From assembly GCA_026395915.1 (NCBI GenBank), contig JAPLXU010000011.1, forward strand, positions 15,688 to 79,687: a stretch of 64,000 bases of DNA, written 5' to 3'. Source of the stretch: Candidatus Nomurabacteria bacterium. Its GTDB lineage: Bacteria > Patescibacteriota > Minisyncoccia > Phycocordibacterales > UBA9973. Each line of letters starts with the position of its first letter. The first letter of the stretch is position 1. The position numbers and the translations under genes were made by a program. The notes beneath the pieces are model-generated. The model saw only the letters and a program-made list of their open reading frames with translations, did no database searches and was not told the DNA's origin. Shown here in pieces: positions 1-9,245 of this stretch.

Positions 1-257
1 CTAGTCAAATAATCCAAATCCCCTTTGAGCGTGCCTGTCTGTTTTTGTTGTTCCTTTTGCTGGTTTATTAAATCCGTTAGTTGAGCTTCTATCTGAGCAA
101 GTTCATTTTTACAATAATCTTTATCGGATTGGGCAGAAGATACCGTAAGCGTCAGACAATCAAAATCTGCCTTTGCTTTTGAGGCAAATAATGGCGAAAA
201 AACAATAAAAGTAAAATTTAATATAAAGATAAAAGCTATGACCGTCTTTCTTGTCAT
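1..257 (-). CDS. Partial CDS (N-terminal part only; the gene runs off the window start). Hypothetical secreted coiled-coil protein with a signal-peptide-like N-terminus MTRKTVIAFIFILNF...
   Basis: Minus-strand ATG at 255-257 with an open frame to position 1. The N-terminus is hydrophobic and followed by Q/E/K-rich coiled-coil-like sequence. It is not in the ORF track because it is truncated by the window edge. Confidence 0.4.
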   Translation of the reverse strand, partial: MTRKTVIAFIFILNFTFIVFSPLFASKAKADFDCLTLTVSSAQSDKDYCKNELAQIEAQLTDLINQQKEQQKQTGTLKGDLDYLT

Positions 258-291
258 AGCTTTTATTATAGCACAAAAAATAATCAGTTTT

Positions 292-984
292 CTATTTCTT
301 CTCTGCTTTCTTTTCTGTCTTTTCTTCCTTAGCTGGAGCAGCAGCTTCGGCTCCCGGCGCTCCCTCTTCTTCTTTCTTGCCTTTCTTTTCAACTTCGATA
401 GCAGACAAATCAGGAGCAACAACGACTTCCTCTTTTTCTTCAACCTGAGCAACGATAGAAGCCACAACATCTCCCCCATTTGTGATTGCGACAACTCCGG
501 TTGGCAGTTTTATATTAGAAACGAAAACCTGATTTTCGAGCGTTTCAAGCGGAGAAATATCTACTGAGAGCTTCTGCGGCAAATGAGCTGGCAAAGCTTC
601 GATTTCGATCTCATGAAGCACTTTAACAAGGTTTCCAAGACCATTTTTGACAGCATTTGAAATACCCTCGAAAATAAGAGGCACTTTGACTCGTATTTTC
701 TTCTTCATATCCAGCGCTAGAAAATCAACATGAATAGGCTCGTCAGTCACAGGGTCAACTTGCACTTCGTGAATAAGAACATCGATATCTCCGCCCGGAA
801 TTGAAACTTTCACAGCAGAAGATTCTCCGGCCTCCCTCCAGACTTTCTTGAATTCCACGTTGGAAATTGAAATAGAAGTGGTATCTTTCCCAGCTCCATA
901 AAAAACAACTGGGATTTTCCCAGATTTCCTCAAGATTCCCAATTTTGTGTCCAAATCTCTTTTTTCCGCTTTGATTATAAACAT
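292..984 (-). CDS. rplY: 50S ribosomal protein L25 / general stress protein Ctc
   Basis: 230 aa. N-terminal L25/Ctc beta-barrel motifs (RKSGKIPVVFYG, VQVDPVTDEPIHVDF) and a Lys/Glu/Ala-rich C-terminal tail typical of Ctc-form L25. Confidence 0.85.
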   Translation of the reverse strand: MFIIKAEKRDLDTKLGILRKSGKIPVVFYGAGKDTTSISISNVEFKKVWREAGESSAVKVSIPGGDIDVLIHEVQVDPVTDEPIHVDFLALDMKKKIRVKVPLIFEGISNAVKNGLGNLVKVLHEIEIEALPAHLPQKLSVDISPLETLENQVFVSNIKLPTGVVAITNGGDVVASIVAQVEEKEEVVVAPDLSAIEVEKKGKKEEEGAPGAEAAAPAKEEKTEKKAEKK

Positions 985-1156
985 AAAAATAGTATACAGA
1001 AAAAAAATAAAAAAGCAAATTGCGTTAGGTCTTATTTAGCGCAGAGGAGTCAACGTAGTAGAAGTTGATATTATATATTTATTATGTTAACTTTCATTTA
1101 TCGTGAGATGTTCTCATGACACAGCTCTGTGAGTTGTTCAACAAATAGGAGTCATT

Positions 1157-1444
1157 ATGCTAGCAAAGTTCGATGAAGTGACTGGCGCTTGTCTTGTCGG
1201 CCTGTTGTTGTTTGTACACAGCAAGAAAAACAGGTTAGTTCTTAAAAATGGTGAAGAGCATAAGGTGGTTTGTGTCAAAGCTGTAAATCCAGATAATCCG
1301 GATAACAGATCTGGAGAAACATCGTATGGTGTGACCCTTGATATTCTTGATTGGTTTCCCTACGAGGTTGGTCCTACCAGGAATCCGGTAGACCGGAAGT
1401 ACTTGACCAAAGTCCACGGAATCATCTACCCAAAACCGGCATAG
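1157..1444 (+). CDS. Hypothetical protein, 95 aa
   Basis: ORF followed directly by a strong GC-rich hairpin and T-tract terminator. Local GC is higher than surroundings. No recognisable family. Confidence 0.4.
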   Translation: MLAKFDEVTGACLVGLLLFVHSKKNRLVLKNGEEHKVVCVKAVNPDNPDNRSGETSYGVTLDILDWFPYEVGPTRNPVDRKYLTKVHGIIYPKPA

Positions 1445-1451
1445 AAACATA

Positions 1452-1500
1452 CCCACCCCGAACGGAGAAACCCTCCGTCCGCGCGGTGGGTTTCTTTTTT
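1452..1500 (+). terminator. Rho-independent terminator (nested GC hairpin plus T-tract)
   Basis: cccaccccgaACGGAGaaaccCTCCGTccgcgcggtggg followed by tttctttttttac. Confidence 0.6.
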
Positions 1501-1515
1501 TACATTAGGTCTTGC

Positions 1516-2520
1516 CTAACTTGATTTGTATTTCCCTACGCTTGCCAAACTGTTGTTTTCGGCTGATAACAGGAGAAGTCTTTGCGCTTCGGCTATATCT
1601 TCCGGATTTTTTGCCCACGCTTCCATCGCCTCGTTCTGGATTGCTCGGCCGTATGAGAACGTCAGTGGCCACGGCAATGGACCTAGATTTTTCATTTCAT
1701 TCAAATTTTTCGTCGCCTCTTCGTCCTTTTGTCCGCCAGAGAGAAAGACAATCCCGCCAATTTCATTCGGCACTTTTTCTTTGAGACATTTGATAGTGCT
1801 CTGCGCTATTTCCTGATTATAGACGGCAACTTTTGCATCATTTCCGGGAAGCACCATGCTCGTTTTCAAAATCATTCCCGGGAAAAATATATCTGCCAAC
1901 TTGAGTTCGTTAAAGACTACTTCTAAATTGCGCGCAATCGCTTGGTAACATTCTTCCATCGTATGATCACCTTCAATCAAAACTTCCGGTTCGACAATCG
2001 GCACGAGATTGTTTTTCTGGCACAACTCCGCGTATTTTGCAAAAAGCTTCGCGTTTTCTTTCATACAATCAAGACTTGGAGTTTTTTCTCCTATGGTGTA
2101 GACCGCGCGCCATTTGGCAAAAGTCGCGCCGAGTTTTTTATGTTCTTTCAGTCTATCTTCTAAACCTTCCAGCCCTTCGGTGATTTTTTCTCCTGTATGC
2201 TCGGGAAAATCGGAAAGACCACCATCAACTTTGATACCCACTTCTATGCCTTTTGATTGCAAAACAGAAATGAAACTTTTTCCATCTGCTGTAGATTGTC
2301 TAATCGTCTCGTCAAAAAGAATGTAGCCCGAAATATATTTCTCGATATCCGGCGCCGTGATGAGAAGCTCGCGATATTCTCTCCTTTTTTCTTCGGTTGT
2401 TTGTACGCCGAGTTTCTCGAAACGACTGTTGCACGTCCTTAAACTTTCATCAATAGCCAAAAGACCTTTTGGCGACACCATCAGACGTTTTATTGTTTCA
2501 ATTAAAATTTCTTCATTCAT
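1516..2520 (-). CDS. fba: Fructose-bisphosphate aldolase, class I
   Basis: 334 aa. Class I FBA-like sequence throughout (LLAIDES, IKVDGG, LEG..LKP, GGIVFLSGGQ). Confidence 0.85.
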   Translation of the reverse strand: MNEEILIETIKRLMVSPKGLLAIDESLRTCNSRFEKLGVQTTEEKRREYRELLITAPDIEKYISGYILFDETIRQSTADGKSFISVLQSKGIEVGIKVDGGLSDFPEHTGEKITEGLEGLEDRLKEHKKLGATFAKWRAVYTIGEKTPSLDCMKENAKLFAKYAELCQKNNLVPIVEPEVLIEGDHTMEECYQAIARNLEVVFNELKLADIFFPGMILKTSMVLPGNDAKVAVYNQEIAQSTIKCLKEKVPNEIGGIVFLSGGQKDEEATKNLNEMKNLGPLPWPLTFSYGRAIQNEAMEAWAKNPEDIAEAQRLLLLSAENNSLASVGKYKSS

Positions 2521-2524
2521 TTTT

Positions 2525-3997
2525 TTATTTTAACAAATCTATTAAAATTTGCTTCGTCACTGCCGGATTCGCAGAACCTTTTGTTTCTTTCATTATTTGG
2601 CCAACGAGAGACATAAGCGCCTGCTCCTTGCCACCTTTATAATCCGCAACAACTTTCGCATTCGCCTCGATAATTTTCTGCGCGATTTGTTTGAGCTCGT
2701 TTGTGTCGTTACTTTGAAGCAGTTTTTTCTCTGTCGCGATTTTGAGCGGAGAACCGTCATCAATCACAATAATCGCTAAAATATCTTTGGCAGCGCGGGA
2801 AGAAATTTTATTTTCGGCAACCAAATTTACCAACTCAGAAAAATTATTCGCAGACGGAAGCCTTGCTTCCGTTTTTGCTTTTTTTAGTCCCATAAAATCT
2901 GAGGTTGTATAGTTCGAAGCTATTTTTATTTTTTCTTTGTCTCCCAAGATTTTTGCAACATTCTCGAACCAAGCGCCCAAGAGAGGATCATTTATATAGG
3001 CCTCTATATCTTCGTCTTTGATGCCGAAATCTTTTTTGTATCTAGCGCGCTTCCCCGCTGGCAACTCTGGCAATTCTTTTTTCATCTTTTCCAAATCAAA
3101 AGCTTCGTGCAGTCTTAATTTTGGCAAATCTGGCTCTGGAAAATATCTGTAATCAGCGCTCCCCTCTTTTTTCCTCTGAGAAAAAGTTTTTTGCTTATTT
3201 TCATCCCAGCCACGCGTTTCTTGAATTATCTCCGATTCTTTACCTTCTTCAAAGAGCTGTGCCATGCGATCGAGTTCGTATTTTATGGCTCGTTCGACGC
3301 TTCTAAACGAATTTAAATTTTTCACTTCTACTTTTGTGCCAAGTTTTTTCGGATCAGTTGAAACAGAAATATTCGCCTCAACTCGCATTTCACCCTTTTC
3401 CATATTCGCCTCGGACACGCCCAAATACCAAAGTATGAGCTGAAGCTCTTTTGCAAATCTTGACGCTTTTTCTGCAGCTTCGTCGGAACTTTCCAAAGTG
3501 TGCGGTTCGGTCACAAGCTCCATCAAAGGCACACCAGAACGGTTGAAATCAATCAGAGAATATCCGTCGTTTCGGGTGTTGGACACCTGAAATTCTGGGT
3601 GTCCAACACCCGAAACATGCTTATTGTTGGCCGTATCTTCCTCTAAGTGCACACGAGTTATATCCATTCCGGCTAAATTTCCGCCGGAAACTATCGGATA
3701 TTTGTATTGCGAAATCTGATAACCTTTAGGGATGTCCGGATAAAAATAATTCTTGCGATCAAACTCAGAAAAGTCGGCAATTTTGCCATTAATAGCCAAA
3801 CCAACTTTGATCACATTCTCTATCGCTTTTTTGTTTATAACCGGCAGAGCTCCTGGATGCGCCATACAAACCGGACAGACATTCACGTTCGGCTTTTCCT
3901 CGTCAGGATCGTTCTTGCAAGCGCAAAACATCTTTGTCTGTGTAGCCAATTCAGCATGTATTTCCAAACCAATTGTCGGATAATATTTTTTACTCAT
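2525..3997 (-). CDS. gatB: Asp-tRNA(Asn)/Glu-tRNA(Gln) amidotransferase subunit B
   Basis: 490 aa. GatB N-terminal motifs (YYPTIGLEIHAEL, CPVCMAHPGALP, RVHLEEDTA) and a C-terminal GatB/YqeY domain. It carries an in-frame palindromic insert at 3569-3616. Confidence 0.95.
   Translation of the reverse strand: MSKKYYPTIGLEIHAELATQTKMFCACKNDPDEEKPNVNVCPVCMAHPGALPVINKKAIENVIKVGLAINGKIADFSEFDRKNYFYPDIPKGYQISQYKYPIVSGGNLAGMDITRVHLEEDTANNKHVSGVGHPEFQVSNTRNDGYSLIDFNRSGVPLMELVTEPHTLESSDEAAEKASRFAKELQLILWYLGVSEANMEKGEMRVEANISVSTDPKKLGTKVEVKNLNSFRSVERAIKYELDRMAQLFEEGKESEIIQETRGWDENKQKTFSQRKKEGSADYRYFPEPDLPKLRLHEAFDLEKMKKELPELPAGKRARYKKDFGIKDEDIEAYINDPLLGAWFENVAKILGDKEKIKIASNYTTSDFMGLKKAKTEARLPSANNFSELVNLVAENKISSRAAKDILAIIVIDDGSPLKIATEKKLLQSNDTNELKQIAQKIIEANAKVVADYKGGKEQALMSLVGQIMKETKGSANPAVTKQILIDLLK
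3569..3616. repeat. Perfect 48-nt palindrome (20-bp arms, 8-10 nt loop) embedded in-frame in gatB
   Basis: cgtttcgggtgttggacacc-tgaaattc-tgggtgtccaacacccgaaacg. Encodes HVSGVGHPEFQVSNTRN, an extra loop relative to typical GatB between LEEDAGK and DGYSL. Confidence 0.8.
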
Positions 3998-4059
3998 ACT
4001 TTTTATATATTACCATATTATTGAAAATACGATAAATTTTCCAGCTTTTCTACCATGTT

Positions 4060-4086
4060 GAACATATGTAAAAGATAGTAGAAAAC
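4060..4086. promoter_or_regulatory. Palindromic operator-like site (core ACATATGT), copy 1. It lies between the 3' end of the wHTH gene and the gatB start.
   Basis: gaacatatgtaaaagatagtag is near-identical to the copy at 4704-4726 and is flanked by inverted ttctac/gtagaa. Confidence 0.45.
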
Positions 4087-4093
4087 ATTAAAA

Positions 4094-4663
4094 CTAATTC
4101 TTTGATTCAAGAGTTCCATTTTTTGCAACCTCCAAGATTTCCACATAATCTATAATCCCCAGCCTATTTATATCAACGATAAACCTTTCTGGTAACGTCA
4201 CTTTGCCAACCCAAACACTTTTGTGAATCAAATTAAAACCTATCATCCGTAGCATATCTCTCAAGATATTTCTTTCTCTGTTAAAAGCCACTGGTATATC
4301 GTAACTCACGACTATCACACTTTCCCCTATCCTTTTCTTATATGCATCTTTGTTTAAGGAAAATGATTTTTTAAAATTATCTAATTTTTTCTTCCCTTTG
4401 TCACTCAAATATATTTGTTTTGAACTATTTTCCAGAATAAATCCTTGACTTTTTAATTTATATAAATATTTTCTAAATTTATCCATTTTTTGTTTGTCTA
4501 ATTGTGAATTTATTCTTTTATTTTGTATTTTAAAAAATTCATATTTTATTTTGCCTCCGGTCGCGCCATATCCAGCCTTAAGAAAAGCATTCGTAAAATC
4601 AATATAGTTGAACACTCCACTTTCCAAAGAGTTTAAAATTTTATAAAGTATTTCTCCTTTCAT
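4094..4663 (-). CDS. Putative transcriptional regulator: N-terminal winged-helix plus C-terminal PaaX-C/Cas2-VapD-like domain
   Basis: 189 aa. N-terminal HTH-like segment. The C-terminal segment SVIVVSYDIPVAFNRERNILRDMLRMIGFNLIHKSVWVG resembles PaaX C-terminal / Cas2-like fold proteins. It is flanked on both sides by ACATATGT palindromic sites. Confidence 0.5.
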   Translation of the reverse strand: MKGEILYKILNSLESGVFNYIDFTNAFLKAGYGATGGKIKYEFFKIQNKRINSQLDKQKMDKFRKYLYKLKSQGFILENSSKQIYLSDKGKKKLDNFKKSFSLNKDAYKKRIGESVIVVSYDIPVAFNRERNILRDMLRMIGFNLIHKSVWVGKVTLPERFIVDINRLGIIDYVEILEVAKNGTLESKN

Positions 4664-4691
4664 ACCATCTATTATACAACAATTTTATCTC

Positions 4692-4726
4692 GTCTACTAT
4701 ATCGAACATATGTTAAAGATAGTAGA
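4692..4726. promoter_or_regulatory. Palindromic operator-like site (core AACATATGTT inside a 9-bp inverted repeat GTCTACTAT...ATAGTAGAC), copy 2, in the promoter region of the wHTH gene
   Basis: gtctactatatcgaacatatgttaaagatagtagac. Confidence 0.45.
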
Positions 4727-4758
4727 CAAACCAAAATCTAGTTTATTACAATAAAATT

Positions 4759-5040
4759 TTAGGATAATTCTTTTATTAAAAAATCTAGCACCCTATTAGC
4801 CTTATTTATGTCTTCTTGCGTATAGAATCTTTTAGTCCCTCTTATGGAAGAGCAAAACTTAAAAAATTCTTCACATCCTTTTTTAGTTTCAGAACCATTT
4901 ATTAATTTTAATTGATTCAAACGCAAAATAACTCCTGACACTGTGTTAAAAAAATTGGTTCTACATTTGTACTTATGATAGTTTGGCATACCAGGTAGTA
5001 ATCTTTCTGAAGGAAACTCTTCTATGTAATCAAACCTCAA
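4759..5040 (-). CDS. Hypothetical protein, 93 aa
   Basis: ORF only. It lies upstream of and on the same strand as the wHTH regulator. No family recognised. Confidence 0.3.
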   Translation of the reverse strand: MRFDYIEEFPSERLLPGMPNYHKYKCRTNFFNTVSGVILRLNQLKLINGSETKKGCEEFFKFCSSIRGTKRFYTQEDINKANRVLDFLIKELS

Positions 5041-5142
5041 TTCTTTAAGAATTTTTTTATATTTCTTTTTGTACTCTAAAATTTGTTCAGGATTTAGTTT
5101 TTTTCTTTAAATTGTCTAAAATTTTCTTCCATATAAATTATT

Positions 5143-6153
5143 CTATTTCTTCGTCAAAATTTTCACCAAAGCGTCGTTGAATTTCTTTACCATTTTATCA
5201 TCATAAAGAGATAATACAAAAACATTTTTGCTGATCTTTTTAAAATCAGCGGTTTTCTTGGCAATAATTTTTGGATCATCTACCACGTCGGCTTTTGTCA
5301 AAACAATTATTTCTTCTTTATTTGAAAGGCCGTCTTCGTTCAAACCCAACATCTTGTCATATTTTGCCAATTCTTTGCGGATTTCTTTGTAGCTTTTCAT
5401 CATTCCAGTCGAGCCTTTTGACAGATTTTCAAATGAAACCAAGTGCGCGAGCATTTTTGTGCGTTTGATATGACGCAAGAATTTCACCCCGAGCCCCTTG
5501 CCTTCGGATGCGCCTTCAATAACACCGGGAATGTCGGCAACAATAAAACCAAAAAAGTCTCCGAGATTCGGATCAAGCGTAGTGAAAGGATAATCGCCAA
5601 CTTTCGCATCAGCATTTGTGAGAGCATTCAGCAAGGAAGATTTCCCCGCATTCGGAAGTCCGATAAATCCGACATCGGCAAAAAGTTCTAATTCGATTTT
5701 AAAGTCTGCCTTTTCTCCAGCGCCCCCAATATTCGATTCTTGCGGAGTCGTATTTACCGAACTTTTAAAATGTTCGTTTCCATAACCTCCATACCCGCCT
5801 TTCAAAAGCAAAATTGTTTCTCCTTCGGATGCCAACTGCCATTTTTCGTCAGTGATAAGATTGGTAATGATAGAACCGACAGGCAACTCCAAAATAAGAT
5901 CCTCTCCGTTTTTCCCGTGCAAGCTTTTGCTTCCGCCATCTTCCCCCCTGCCCGCAATAAAATCTTTTTTCGCTTTATATTTCAAAAGTATGTGAACATC
6001 ACGGACAGCTTTCACATAAAAATTCCCACCACGTCCGGCATCTCCACCAGCGGGTCCGCCCTTCGGTTCGAACTTTTGCCTATGCCAGCGCACTACGCCG
6101 TTTCCTCCTTGTCCGGCTTCCGCATGTATTTTTATTTCATCAATGAATGCCAT
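5143..6153 (-). CDS. obg: GTPase Obg/CgtA
   Basis: 336 aa. Glycine-rich Obg fold N-terminus (GGNGVV, GGDGGRGG) plus G domain (GLPNAGKSSL, DIPGVIEGA, TKAD). Confidence 0.95.
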   Translation of the reverse strand: MAFIDEIKIHAEAGQGGNGVVRWHRQKFEPKGGPAGGDAGRGGNFYVKAVRDVHILLKYKAKKDFIAGRGEDGGSKSLHGKNGEDLILELPVGSIITNLITDEKWQLASEGETILLLKGGYGGYGNEHFKSSVNTTPQESNIGGAGEKADFKIELELFADVGFIGLPNAGKSSLLNALTNADAKVGDYPFTTLDPNLGDFFGFIVADIPGVIEGASEGKGLGVKFLRHIKRTKMLAHLVSFENLSKGSTGMMKSYKEIRKELAKYDKMLGLNEDGLSNKEEIIVLTKADVVDDPKIIAKKTADFKKISKNVFVLSLYDDKMVKKFNDALVKILTKK

Positions 6154-6277
6154 ATGTGTTTAATGTAAGTTATAAAATATAATTTTTCGTAGGGGTTTCG
6201 AGGCTGTCGAGCCGAGAACTTCAGGATTTTTTAAGCTTAAAAAAATCCGTACCAAAGAAAAATTGATATTTTATAGC

Positions 6278-7189
6278 TTACCCTAATATCGCTAATTTTG
6301 CTAATTTAATTGCCCCTTCTTTTGATTTCGCAACCGCAAGAAATAAGTTTTTATGACAGAAAACTGCATCTGAAACTCCAGTTATTTTTTGCAACTCGTC
6401 TGATTTTAATCCACCCCAAGATTTGGGAAAATCTTTTCTGTTTTTAAAAATTTTTAGATCTTCTCGAAGTGCCTTCACTGACCATTTATTCTTTATCATT
6501 CTACTCGGGCAAACGACAAAAAGTGGTTCTGGATAATCTTGCAATATACTTTCATATGGATAATGCTTATCTAAAATTATTACTCTTTTATCTTCTGTTT
6601 CTTTGTAAGTCAAAATTACTACTTCTTCAGCTAAAACTAGATCTCTGGCTTGGACTATTTCTCTAGACAAAATATCCTTTGCCATCTGCACACATTTTAA
6701 AAACATTTCATCATCTGTAACATTTTCTTCCCGCCAGGTTGGACTCATTGAATAAAAAAAATGTTGAATAGAATATGTAGAAACTTCATAAATATTTGTA
6801 ACTAAATCAAAACCGTTATCATGCGCATCAACAGGAGCTACTAATTTTTTATCTATTATTTCACTAGCTTTTCCTGATCCAGAAAGTTCTTCGCCAAACT
6901 TTTTCCAAATAAGACCAAAGGATGAGTATTCTATGTTGTTGTCTCTCTTGCCTGCCCCGCCCGGTTGATGATGATCAAATCTGTTTAACTTTTCGTCATA
7001 CACGCCACCGACATCAAAAACATAATCGGCGCCGGCTATTATCTCCTCGTCTCTTGTGCGAATTATTGTGAAAGGCTTGTTGTCTTTCTCAAGTAATAGA
7101 GACAATGTCGCGCAAGCAAATATATCATCCGCGTGAAACGAACCATCATGCGTAACTAATTTTAATTTTTTAGTCTTTTTCATTATCAT
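6278..7189 (-). CDS. MYG1/GAMM1 (UPF0160) family metal-dependent hydrolase
   Basis: THDGSFHADDIFACATL and DHHQ motifs. The start is set at the internal MIMKKTKK to avoid a long overlap with the upstream DedA gene. Confidence 0.8.
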   Translation of the reverse strand: MIMKKTKKLKLVTHDGSFHADDIFACATLSLLLEKDNKPFTIIRTRDEEIIAGADYVFDVGGVYDEKLNRFDHHQPGGAGKRDNNIEYSSFGLIWKKFGEELSGSGKASEIIDKKLVAPVDAHDNGFDLVTNIYEVSTYSIQHFFYSMSPTWREENVTDDEMFLKCVQMAKDILSREIVQARDLVLAEEVVILTYKETEDKRVIILDKHYPYESILQDYPEPLFVVCPSRMIKNKWSVKALREDLKIFKNRKDFPKSWGGLKSDELQKITGVSDAVFCHKNLFLAVAKSKEGAIKLAKLAILG

Positions 7190-7778
7190 AAAATTCTTCA
7201 AAAATCTCATAAACCCAACCGATAAACTTATCAAGGATAATATACAGTATAAACAGTCCAAGAACCACCATTGAAAATCTCCCTATTTTTTGGCTGACAT
7301 GCAAAGCAGTGAAGCTGAAAAAATAACCCAAAGACAAGAGGAGTGGCGCCCAAATTATCGTCGCTGAGATTTCCGCTTTTAGATATTTTTTGTAATCGAT
7401 TTTTTCAAAACCGCAAAAAACTATAACTACATGATTTATTCCCACCAAAAACTTCGAAATAAAAATTGACCAGAAAGGCTTCGCTTTGAATCTTGGCAAA
7501 ACGCTATACACTCTCCTTTGAATATACCTGAAAAATCTATGATGATTGTACTTTTTAAACAAAAATTCTCCTAAAGCGTAACCTAAAAAAGTTTTTGACA
7601 ACGCTCCCAGTAAGACGAAAATCAGAGCTATCCAAAAATTCAAAGCGCCTAGATGAGTTAGAATTCCGGTGGAAATTAAGAAAAATTCTCCTTCAACAAT
7701 CAGTCCTAAAAAAATCACCGCGTAAACCAAAACCTGATGGTGCTCTACTAACCCAATTAAAAGATTTACGGTGTGCAT
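7170..7778 (-). CDS. DedA/SNARE-associated (VTT domain) membrane protein
   Basis: 202 aa polytopic membrane protein with a DedA-like core (VIFLGLIVEGEFFLISTG...LGYALG). Confidence 0.75.
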   Translation of the reverse strand: MHTVNLLIGLVEHHQVLVYAVIFLGLIVEGEFFLISTGILTHLGALNFWIALIFVLLGALSKTFLGYALGEFLFKKYNHHRFFRYIQRRVYSVLPRFKAKPFWSIFISKFLVGINHVVIVFCGFEKIDYKKYLKAEISATIIWAPLLLSLGYFFSFTALHVSQKIGRFSMVVLGLFILYIILDKFIGWVYEIFEEFYDNEKD

Positions 7779-7781
7779 AAA

Positions 7782-8234
7782 TTAAAATAGGCTTTCGACA
7801 ACTTCTTTGACCAGAGCTCCGTCGGCTTTGCCTTTTAAATCTTTCATCAAAGCAGACATCAACATGCCTTTTTTTGTGGCGTCGGTGATTTTTAATTCTT
7901 CTTTTTTTGCACGAGCGATTTTTATAACCTCGTTTTTGTCCATCATTTTTGGTAAATAAGTTTCAAGTATTGTGAGCTCTGCTTGTTCTTCTTTCACCAA
8001 GTCTTCCCTGTTTCCTTTTTTGAACTGTTCTATTGAATCTTTGCGTTGTTTTGCGAGTCGAGTAATAACAGCAATAGCCTCCGCGTCAGTAAGCATTTCT
8101 TGAGGTTTCCTGTTTTTTGCGACAAGTTCATTTGTAAAAGCGGAGGACATAGCTCGAAACGCCTTCAAACGTAAGGCATCGTGCGCCAGCATAGCTTCTT
8201 TTATTCCATTTTTGACTTGTTCGTATAGTGACAT
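7782..8234 (-). CDS. GatB/YqeY domain protein
   Basis: About 150 aa. YqeY-like sequence (LRLK..RAM, LTDAEAIAVI, KQRKDSIEQF, LSAL). The start is taken at the internal Met MSLYEQVK. Confidence 0.75.
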   Translation of the reverse strand: MSLYEQVKNGIKEAMLAHDALRLKAFRAMSSAFTNELVAKNRKPQEMLTDAEAIAVITRLAKQRKDSIEQFKKGNREDLVKEEQAELTILETYLPKMMDKNEVIKIARAKKEELKITDATKKGMLMSALMKDLKGKADGALVKEVVESLF

Positions 8235-8412
8235 AAGACATAGAAAAATTATTTTATAAAGCAATCTATCTGGCGAAGCTTCGCCAGCGAACTTCTCGTC
8301 GCTCAAGAAAATAATATTCGGATTACCTCATTTATTTTCTAAGCTCCTGCGAAAGGCTTTCTAAAACAACATTTCTATGTCTAGTATACCAAAACTGTGC
8401 TAAAATAGCACT

Positions 8413-9129
8413 ATGTCTAAAATTATATTTTTCGATACGGAAACTACCGGTAACACAGAAAAGGATTTCTTGTGCCAGATTGCTTACAAAACGGGTGGCG
8501 AAAGTTTCACCGGCCTCTACAAGCCTCCGATAAGAATCCCGCCGGAAGCTTCCGCTGTGCATCACATCACAAACAAAATGGTTGCTGAAAAACCAACTTT
8601 TTATCAAAGTGGCGATTTACAAAAAATAAAAAAACTTTTCGAAGACAAAAACTCCATAGTCGTTGCCCACAACGCTCCTTTTGACCTGGCAATAATAAAA
8701 AAGGAAGGCATTACGCCCGCAAATTTTATCTGCACGCTTCGATTGGCAAGATATTTAGATAAAGAAGAAAAAATCGAGAGGTTCAATCTGCAATATCTGC
8801 GTTATTTGCTTGAAATAGAGGTAAACGCTACGGCCCACGACGCGTTGGGAGACGTCTTGGTGTTGGAAAAACTTTTTGAAAGATTGAAAGACAAAATGAA
8901 AAAAGAAGATAAGTTAAGCGACGAAGAAATATTAAAAAAAATGGTAGAAATATCTTCTCATCCATCGCTCTTGAGAACATTCGGTTTTGGTAAATACAAT
9001 GGCAAAAAAATCGAAGAGGTGGCAAAAATAGACAAAGGTTACCTAGATTGGCTTCTAACGCAGAAACTCGCAAGTGACCAAATAGACGAAGATTGGATTT
9101 ACACTTTGAAGCACTATTTGGGGAAATAA
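8413..9129 (+). CDS. DnaQ-like 3'-5' exonuclease with C-terminal ExoX-like (DUF3820) domain
   Basis: Exo motifs FFDTETTG, VAHNAPFDL, HDALGDV. The C-terminal GKYNGKKIEEV..DKGYLDWL matches the ExoX C-terminal domain. Confidence 0.85.
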   Translation: MSKIIFFDTETTGNTEKDFLCQIAYKTGGESFTGLYKPPIRIPPEASAVHHITNKMVAEKPTFYQSGDLQKIKKLFEDKNSIVVAHNAPFDLAIIKKEGITPANFICTLRLARYLDKEEKIERFNLQYLRYLLEIEVNATAHDALGDVLVLEKLFERLKDKMKKEDKLSDEEILKKMVEISSHPSLLRTFGFGKYNGKKIEEVAKIDKGYLDWLLTQKLASDQIDEDWIYTLKHYLGK

Positions 9130-9245
9130 ATTACCACCTCGCTCTGACTAAAAAGTCAGAGCACTCCTCCTTATCAAGGAGGAGATTCCTAGAAACTCCC
9201 CTCCTTGTGGAGGAGGGGGTTGGGGGTGGTGATTATTTTTTGCAA
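9130..9245. repeat. Array of three G/C-rich hairpins plus T-tract (terminator of the exonuclease gene), containing direct repeat GGAGGGGGTTGGGGGTGGTGATT
   Basis: CTCTGACT-aaaa-AGTCAGAG, CTCCTCCTT-atc-AAGGAGGAG and CCCCTCC-ttgt-GGAGGAGGGG, followed by the G-run and T-tract. Confidence 0.7.

Noticed and set aside
238-567. ORF-track entry 238..567 (+), 109 aa
   Set aside because: It is antisense to the Lys/Glu-rich tail of rplY and to the partial minus-strand gene, and has hydrophobic low-complexity composition. Judged a spurious shadow ORF.
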